Source: an uncultured Pseudomonadota bacterium
GTDB taxonomy: Bacteria; Pseudomonadota; Alphaproteobacteria; Acetobacterales; Acetobacteraceae
Direction of reading: 5' to 3'
NCBI GenBank assembly: GCA_963818725.1
Contig: CAWFTU010000024.1
Span: forward strand, 279,906-303,905
Length of the DNA stretch: 24,000 bases
How positions within the stretch are numbered: position 1 is the first letter of the stretch; every line of letters starts with the position of its first letter. A program made the translations under genes and the position numbers. Below, one piece after another: positions 8,634 through 15,448 of the stretch. The notes below the pieces were generated by a model. That model saw only the letters and a list, made by a program, of their open reading frames with translations. It ran no database searches and had not been told where the DNA came from.

Positions 8634-9247
8634 GGAGACCAGCCCTTGCGCTGCAAAGAGAAGGCGAAGTTGGAGCCGAGTCCCCGCTTGCGGGCCAGTT
8701 CGATCCAAAGCATGGCTAAAGGTTCGAGCAGCCGCGCGGCACGCAGGCCGCCGGCGTCGACCGCCTCGAACCCGGCATCGCCGATCAAGCTGAGCACTAC
8801 GCGCTTGCCCGCCTCGTCGTCGCCGGCAACGAACATCACCGGCCGGGAGGGATAGGCACGGGCATCCGCCATGTTCTCGAATCCGGTCTGGTTGAAGGCC
8901 TTGAACACGCGCGCCTGCGGCGCCAGCGCAGCGACTTGCTCGGCGCCGGATGTCTCGAATCCCATCGTCAGCGCCAGTCCCGTCTCGCCCATGCCGAGCG
9001 GATTGGTCGCATCGACGAGAATCGTGCCGGCGAAGCCCGAGGCCGCCGCGACAACGTCCCTTACGGCGTTGAACGGAACGGCCAGGATGGTCGCGTCGGC
9101 CGAGGCGACCGCCTCGGCGATGGCGCGCTCCTGGGGGTTGCCGGCCTCGGGCGCCCGCACCCCGAACGTCACCTGGTGTCCGGCGCGTCCAAGCGCCTGA
9201 GCCAGCGCTCCGCCAACGTTGCCGGAGCCGATGATCGCGATACGCAT
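8630..9247 (-). CDS. NADP oxidoreductase, F420-oxidoreductase fold (NADPH-dependent F420 reductase-like / ProC-like Rossmann protein)
   Basis: N-terminal Rossmann motif MRIAIIGSGNVGGALAQALGRAGHQVTFGVR, then ILAVPFNAV and VDATNP motifs typical of the F420_oxidored family. The track start at 9253 is a TTG. ATG 9247 has GGAGG 8 nt upstream. Its stop overlaps the start of the downstream Hsp31-like gene. Confidence 0.85.
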   Translation of the reverse strand: MRIAIIGSGNVGGALAQALGRAGHQVTFGVRAPEAGNPQERAIAEAVASADATILAVPFNAVRDVVAAASGFAGTILVDATNPLGMGETGLALTMGFETSGAEQVAALAPQARVFKAFNQTGFENMADARAYPSRPVMFVAGDDEAGKRVVLSLIGDAGFEAVDAGGLRAARLLEPLAMLWIELARKRGLGSNFAFSLQRKGWSP

Positions 9248-9450
9248 TGGCAAGGCCTCCGTACCCGGTTCGGTGAAGTGTCAGGCTCATGATATGATGG
9301 CAATTGAAGTCCACGGATTGAAATCGCCTCATGGCCAGGTTCGATGACGCTCAACCTCGCCGGCGCGATCTTACTTTATGGCCGGCAACCCTCTCTTGTT
9401 CCCGCGTTCTGAGTGCTTAGGTTGCCTCTCAGGCTCGTTTTAGCGGGCTG

Positions 9451-10305
9451 ATGGGGGCCAGCATGGACACTGATGTTGGAACGACCACGTTGCCCGGCGT
9501 GGAAGCAAGCCTTGTTTATCTCGCGCCGATGGCCGAGCGTCCGTACAATCTCACCTATGAGCCGCCGCCCGGCACGCCCCGCACCAACGTGGTGCAGGAA
9601 GCGCACCGGGTGAAGATCAGCGACGCCCGGCCTATCACTGACGAATTGAGCCTGGATCGCGAGGGTTTTGCCCTGGTGCGGCGCCACAGCGCCGTGCGCG
9701 ACTTTTATGACGAGGACGAGCTGCGCCGGGTCTACTATCCAGAAGCCGAGCAACTTGTTGCCCAAGCAACCGGGGCCTCAAGGGTGATCGTGTTCGACCA
9801 CACGATCCGGCGGCGCGTCTGGGGCTCGGAGGACCGCAGCGCCGGCACGCCGCGCCAGCCGGTTAGCCGCGTCCACAACGATTACACCGAGATCTCGGCG
9901 CCGCAGCGCATTCGCGACTTGATGGGCGAGGAAGCCGAGGCGCTGCTCCAGCGCCGCTATGAATTCATCAACGTGTGGCGACCGATCCGTGGCCCGCTCC
10001 GGGACTCGCCGCTCGCGATGTGCGATGCCCGCAGCCTCGCGCCCACAGATCTGGTCGCCTCTGACCTGGTGTACCGCGACCGCAAGGGTGAGACGTACGC
10101 TGTGCTCTACAACCCGGCGCATCGCTGGTTCTATGTGCCCGACATGCAGCCCGACGAGGCGTTGCTGCTGAAATGCTTCGATTCGGCGCGCGACGGCCGT
10201 GCGCGGCTGTCTCCGCACGGGGCATTCGTCGATCCAACGGCGCCGGCCGACATCTTGCCACGCGAGAGCATCGAGCTGCGCACGATTGCCTTCCACGCGG
10301 CGTGA
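9451..10305 (+). CDS. CmcJ/NvfI-family oxidoreductase (AsaB-like hydroxylase/desaturase family)
   Basis: Motifs match my memory of this family: LVYLAP...RPYNLTYEPPPGTPRTN...HRVKISDARP, VIVFDHTIRRR, VHNDYT, FINVWRPI, PLAMCDARS, YNPAHRWFYVPDMQPDEALLLKCFDS and RESIELRTIAF. Alternative start is ATG 9463. Confidence 0.8.
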   Translation: MGASMDTDVGTTTLPGVEASLVYLAPMAERPYNLTYEPPPGTPRTNVVQEAHRVKISDARPITDELSLDREGFALVRRHSAVRDFYDEDELRRVYYPEAEQLVAQATGASRVIVFDHTIRRRVWGSEDRSAGTPRQPVSRVHNDYTEISAPQRIRDLMGEEAEALLQRRYEFINVWRPIRGPLRDSPLAMCDARSLAPTDLVASDLVYRDRKGETYAVLYNPAHRWFYVPDMQPDEALLLKCFDSARDGRARLSPHGAFVDPTAPADILPRESIELRTIAFHAA

Positions 10306-10412
10306 TTCATGTCACCTGCCGGCTCCGTCTCGGCGAGTTGAGGAGAGTTTGCCGGCGCGGGAGAGTGCTCGCGAAGCACGCGCAGCACGGTTTATACCGC
10401 TGGCCGAATCTG

Positions 10413-10625
10413 CTCCACGACGACCGTTCGCCTTTTCCCGTCGATTTCGATCTCGGCCTCGTCTTCCGCCCGCAGCCCGAGAATCGCCACGGCGAGAGGA
10501 GAGGTTGGAGCGATCCGGGTGCGCCCATCCGCCAACCCGTCCGCCACGATCCGCAGCATGAGCGATCGCGCTCTACCGTCTGCATAGCGCACCACCACGG
10601 TATCACCCACTTCTATCCGCCTGAC
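10413..10625 (-). other. GreA/GreB C-terminal-like (Rnk-like, FKBP-type fold) domain at the extreme C-terminus of the helicase-nuclease gene
   Basis: VRRIEVGDTVVVRYADGRARSLMLRIVADGLADGRTRIAPTSPLAVAILGLRAEDEAEIEIDGKRRTVVVEQI. This follows the Gre C-terminal pattern V-x-x-G-[ST]-x-V ... IV-x-x-x-[ED]A[DN] ... I[SA]-x-x-SP[LI][GA]-x-A[LI]LG-x-x-x-x-[DE]-x-[VI]-x-[VI]. Recognised by eye only. Confidence 0.55.
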
Positions 10626-10832
10626 GGCGGGGGAAGAGATGCCGCCTGACTCCCACTGTTCAAACAGCGGCATCGCTCCGACGGCCGGAGTTGCTGCCGC
10701 CTGCTGGTTCGCTTCGGCGCGATGGCGAACGGCGCGGAACTCCACCGGCATCGGATCGCCGCCGGAAACGGTGCCGATAGGCGTGATGCCGTGGCGCTCC
10801 AGCGTCGCGACAAGGTCGCGGAACGTCGCCTC

Positions 10833-11093
10833 CTTGTCGGCCTCCCACTCCGAGGCCCAGCACCGCCAGAATGTCCACCCGACCCGCTCCAGCGCCTTCT
10901 GCCGATTCACGTCCTGCGCCCAGCGGTCCGGGCCGTGGAATGCGTCCCCGTCCAGTTCCACGGCGAGGCGGCGATCGTCGGCGCCTTCGATCACGAAGTC
11001 GATTTTGTACCCGCCTGTCGGAACCTGCGCGCGCAGCCGATAGCCCGCCTTCAGGAGACGCGCGCCGACGTCGCGCTCGAAGCCGGAGTCGCA
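10833..11093 (-). other. DUF559 / Vsr-fold (REase_MTES_1575-like) endonuclease domain of the helicase gene
   Basis: CDSGFERDVGARLLKAGYRLRAQVPTGGYKIDFVIEGADDRRLAVELDGDAFHGPDRWAQDVNRQKALERVGWTFWRCWASEW. This follows the E...(I)D...E-x-D-G...H...D..R...L...GW...R.W pattern of this PD-(D/E)xK-related domain, which is commonly found C-terminal to large SF1 helicases. Confidence 0.75.
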
Positions 11094-11229
11094 CGCGGCC
11101 AAGACATCGTCGCCTTGGCCGATCCGCCCGCCCGCCATTGGGTTTTGGAAATGCCGCAACACGTCCAGCTTGATGTCGCCCTCCTTCAGCATCGACAGCG
11201 TGACCGAACGGACCAGAACCATGCGGTCC

Positions 11230-11242
11230 CGCGCGCGCGCGC
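11230..11242. repeat. Alternating CG dinucleotide run (13 nt) at the helicase frameshift site
   Basis: Plus strand 11230-11242 reads cgcgcgcgcgcgc, flanked by ccc and cac. It encodes Ala-Arg-Ala-Arg in both reading frames that meet here. Confidence 0.9.
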
Positions 11243-14200
11243 CACGTTATAGCGCTGCTCGTACAGTCGGCTCGATTGCTTCGACGCCGTCGCCTCGTCG
11301 TGGACCATAGACAGGAACATGATATCACGCTCCTGGCCCTGGAAGGTGGCGGCATCGCCGCACATGATGCGATGGTCGCTCATAGCCTCGGGACCGACGG
11401 CCTGGATGAGCCGGTCGTAAATCAGCTTGGCCTGCTTGTCAGCGTGCAGCGATATCACGCCGATGCTGCGCTTGCGGGAGGCGTTCAGCACCGGATCGGC
11501 GATGGCGCGCTTGATTTCCTCGACGATCACCTCGGCCTCGGGCTCGTTCACGTTGCCCCGCCGCGTCCCGTCCTTGACGAGGATATCCACAAGTGGCGGG
11601 TCAATGCGCTCGCTCGGCTTCGGCAGGCGGAGCGGCACCAGACGGCCGTCATAGAAGCGGGAGGAGAAGCGGATGATCGGCTCGACGCAGCGGAAGTGCT
11701 CGCGCAGGACGACCACCCTCCCCGGATACATCATGCCGCCCACCTCATAGAGCGATGTCGCCGGGTCGATCTGCTGCGCCAAGGGTTGGCCCACGAGGTA
11801 CGTATTGCGCAGCCGGCTGATGGCAGCGTCCTCGATGCCCACCGCGACCGGGCTCACCTGCCGGTCGTCGCCGACAATGAGCAGCTTCTTCCCGCGCAGC
11901 ACGACCGGCAGCGCCAGGATGTTCGACTGGCTCGCCTCGTCGATGATGACGAGGTCGAAGCCGCCCAGCTCCGGCGGAAGCTGCTCGGCAACCCGCCATT
12001 CCGGCATGATCCAGCAGGGAATCGCCTTCACGGCGCGTTGCAGGCTGTCGCGCAGGATGCGCCTCTGCCGGACCGCCGTGACGGCACCCGCCGTCTTCGG
12101 CAATTGCGCGAGGGCCGAGAGGAACTGCCGCAGCGCCGCCTGCACGTTCTCCGTCAACCGGGGGTGCAGCCCAAGGTAGGTCAGCGCCTCGATCGCTTCT
12201 AGGAAGTGCCGCTCCCGCGAGGCCGTCAGTTCGGCGTGCTCGTTGGTCAGCGCTTGGACCACGGCGCGGTTGGCGACGCGGGCCAGGAAGCCTGCCGCGC
12301 GCGCGTAGTCCCAGGCGTCGCGCCAGTGCGCGGGAAGGATGGACGTGTCGTCGGTGTCCGGCACAAGCTCGATTCGCGCCGCCCATTCCTCCGCGCCGCT
12401 GTCGCGAACGAGGGCCGCCAGCGCCGACAGCCTGCGGAGGTCGTCGCGTCGCCCGGCCAAGCGATCGGCCTCGGCCTGGATGTCGCGCCAACCCGCGGCG
12501 ATCTCGGCATCGTCGATGCCCCGCGTGCCAAGCGCCTCCGTCATCTGCCGAAGCGCCGCGCCCAGGTCTCCGCCGGCCCGGTCGCCGGCTTCACGAAGCC
12601 CGCCGCGCAGCCGCTCTGCCTCCGCCGCGTCCGCCTCTCCCAGGTTGGCCCGAAGCGAGTCGACGGCCACCGAGACCTCGATCCGCAACACAACCAAGTC
12701 GGCTTCCAGCCCGTAGGGGAACAGCGCCCGCAGCCGCGCCAGCCGAGCCTGGGCCTGGTTCAGCAGGGTCAGCATCTCGAAGGCCGGCTTGCCGAGGGCG
12801 CTCAGAGCCCCGCGCGCCGCCGCCGCATGGTCCTCGGGCAGCCGCGTCAGGCCATGCTGCGCGGCGAATGCGTTCCATCGGGCGACGAAGCCGCGCGCCT
12901 CCCGGCGCCATGCATGAAGCTCGGCCAGCTTCGCCCAGGAGGCCGCGTCGCGCGGCGGTTCGGCAGCGATCCGGGCTGCCTCGATCGCATCCTTGATCGG
13001 GCTGCGCCGGAAGCCCTCGAAGAAGCCAAATGGCCGTCGGCCGGCCGCGAGGTTCTCGAGCGCCTGGCCCAGCCCATCCGAGTGTGGGATGTCCGGCAGT
13101 TCCAACGCGTGCAGCGCGAGCGTGTCGCCCTGCTCGGCGAGTCGCGCCGCTTCCGCCAGCATCGGACGCAAGCCCTCGGCGTCGAGCCGCCCCCAGGGAC
13201 GCCCCTCTGCCAGCGCCTCCCAGGCCGCCGTCATCCAGGCATGATTGAGGCAGCCGTCCCGCCAGGACGCCAGCCGCTCCAGCCACGCGAGCAGCTCCGC
13301 CAGCTCGCCCGGCTTGGCCGCCGAGAGGTCTGGGCGAGGCAGACTGCCCTCGCGTTCCTGTAGCCGCCGCTCCGCCGCACCGCGCAGGACACGGTGCGCC
13401 GCGACCACGGCGCCAAGGCTGGGCAGGGCCTCCGATCCCCCGGGAAGATCATCGGCGCGGTAGCGTATGTCCTCGCCAACCCGGCTTCGCAGCGCGCGGG
13501 CCTCGGTGATCTCGGCTTCCCCGAAGCGCGGCTCGTACCGGAGCGTGAGATCGAGCCTGTCGGGAAACCAGGCGTGACGCTGGCCCTGGGCGGCGGCCCA
13601 CGCGGCGATTTCTTGCGGCAGGGCACTGGCGCCGCGCCAAGGAACCTTCGTCAGATTCGCGCGCGCCACGGCCGTCAGCTCGGCGTCGATCTCGGCGAGA
13701 CGCGCATCCGCCTGGGTGATGGCGCGAAGCAGATCCTCGGCCCGCCGCTCGGTTTGCCATGGGTTGATGGACTGCGCCCGCTCCGCGAGCGCTGACACCG
13801 CTGCCTCCAACTGCCGCGCGCCCTCACGGTCGCTGTGCGTCACCGCGATCGCTAGGTTGCGCAGCGCGGGCGGCAGCTTCTCGCGGATCGCGCTGAGCGC
13901 CTCGGCTGTATGGGCGGCGACGAGGACGCGGCGCCCCTTTGCCATCGAGTGCCCGATGACGTTGGCAATGGTGTGCGTCTTGCCGGTACCAGGCGGCCCC
14001 TGCACCACCACACCATGCACGTCTTTCTGCTCCAGCCGGCGGGCGAGTTCCTCCTGCTCCTCATTGGCGGGAAGAGGAAAGAAGAGCCACTCGCGACGCG
14101 CCTCGCGACGTTCGTCGCCAGAGGCGCCGATCCAGCCGCCGGGCGTTGTCCCGGACGCGGAGCTAATCAGGCGATCTGGGTCGAACGGCGTGCCGTCGTC

Positions 14201-15448
14201 GGGCGCCACATCCGGCGGCGGCACAACGAAGCGGCGGGCCGTTTCCGGCAACGATGTTGCATCCTGTTTCACGATCTCGGACAATCGGCCGATGTCGTCG
14301 CGCAGCACGTCACTGCGGCGAGGGCGGACGATCACGCAGAGGCTGGGACTGATGCGCAGCCATTCCCCCGCCGGTCCCAGCTCCTCACCGGGCGCCAGCA
14401 CCGCGCCGCTGGCACCCAGGTGCGCGGCGCAGGTCTCGAGCACCTCGCGAAAGCTGGCCGGATGACACGGGCCGAAAGGCCGATTCGGATCCCTGGCGAT
14501 GTCCTCCAGCCGCCTCGCCAAGTCGCGCTGCAAACGCGACGCGGCGTTGATGCCAAGGTCCAGAAAAGGATGCAGCGCGGGCGTGGGCGGCACGCTGCGC
14601 GGCAGGATCGCCAGCGTGCCGTTTGACTCGTCCAGCTCGAACTCGGCGCGCTGCTCGATCAACGGCACGTTCACGCGCTGGCCGTTATAGTTCCAGCGCG
14701 CGAGTCCAAGGCCGACCACGAGTTCCTGTCCGCCCTCGCCGCCCGCCGCCGCGATCTGCGCCTGGGCCTTGTACAGCACCTCGTAGAGCTTGATCGCCTC
14801 GCGCCTGGGCGCTTCTTCGATCGCCCACGCCTGCCAAGGCCCTGCCGTGTAGGATGCCAGTGCCTCGACGATTTCCAGCAAGTCCGCCGGGCGGAGTGGC
14901 ACGGCCCATTGCTCGGCCTCTCCGGAGGTGCCGGGCACACGGGCGATCGCATCGGCGGTGGCGAGGCCGACTTCGATCAGGTCCGTCGCCTCCTCGGGCG
15001 TGATCCGCACGACCCGCTCGGCCAGGAGAACGGGAGGCTTGGCCGGCGTGGGACGCGCCTCCGGCCTCAACCAAGGCTCAAGCCGCGCGCCAGGCTGAGG
15101 CGGGGGCTGCTCCTGAAGGCGCGCGAACGACAGCCACACGTCTTCCGCCGGGCCGATAGTGACGCCGGGCAGCGGGTCGCCGTTCTTTCCCCGTAAATCC
15201 GACTCCGTCAGGTGGATCGGATAATCCACGATATCGAAGATGACCCGATCGCGCGTGGCCAGGAGTTGTTCGGTAAACTGGAGGAGGTTTCGAAGGTCTT
15301 CGCGGACCTGGGCATCCTCGGGCGCAAGTCTGTCATCGGGCATCGCGGCGCTGGTTGCCTCCGGGCGGATCGCAGCGAAGATGCCCTGTTTCGAACCGGA
15401 ATTGAAAGCGAATGTTGCGGGAGCGTTTTCCTGCCCTGTAACCCTCCC

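Larger units (their letters stand above)
10392..15343 (-). pseudogene. Giant SF1B (Upf1/DNA2-like) helicase fused to a DUF559/Vsr-fold nuclease and a GreA/GreB-C-like domain; as sequenced it is split into ORFs 11186-15343 and 10392-11222 by a frameshift at 11230-11242
   Basis: Helicase motifs: Walker A VVVQGPPGTGKTHT (13976-13999), motif II LVIIDEASQ (11927-11950), GDDRQVSP, LREHFRC, ATFQGQERD and NVA-RAR. The upstream frame ends YNVARARGTAWFWSVRSRCRC*. The other frame reads ARARDRMVLVRSVTL..., the expected continuation of motif VI and the last strand of the RecA2 domain. Total span is 4952 nt, not a multiple of 3. It could alternatively be annotated as two overlapping CDSs (37-nt overlap). 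Confidence 0.85.

Noticed and set aside
8271-9332. Track ORF 8271-9332 (-, 353 aa) as a single protein.
   Set aside because: It is chimeric. Only its last ~120 codons (8274-8633, MSLKDANPV...DAIMVAGG) are the real N-terminal half of the Hsp31-like gene. The upstream part is an out-of-frame read through the reductase gene (8630-9247) and is Arg/Gly-rich junk.
9254-9450. Promoter elements and ATTGAA direct repeats (caATTGAAgtccacggATTGAAatc) in the divergent reductase/CmcJ intergenic region. CAATTGAA also recurs upstream of efflux pair 1 (7004-7011, minus strand).
   Set aside because: These are short AT-rich words that naturally concentrate in intergenic DNA of a GC-rich genome. No convincing -10 partner sits at proper spacing, so I cannot support a specific promoter or operator call.
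10365-10379. Hairpin GTGCT-cgcga-AGCAC between the convergent CmcJ-like and helicase genes, as a bidirectional terminator.
   Set aside because: It has only a 5-bp stem and no flanking T/A run. It is too weak to call.
15388-15402. tRNA T-loop-like GGTTCGAA on the minus strand, in the pump-helicase intergenic region.
   Set aside because: The flanking bases do not form a T-stem (tccgg versus caggg), and no acceptor or anticodon arms can be built. It is not a tRNA or tRNA fragment.
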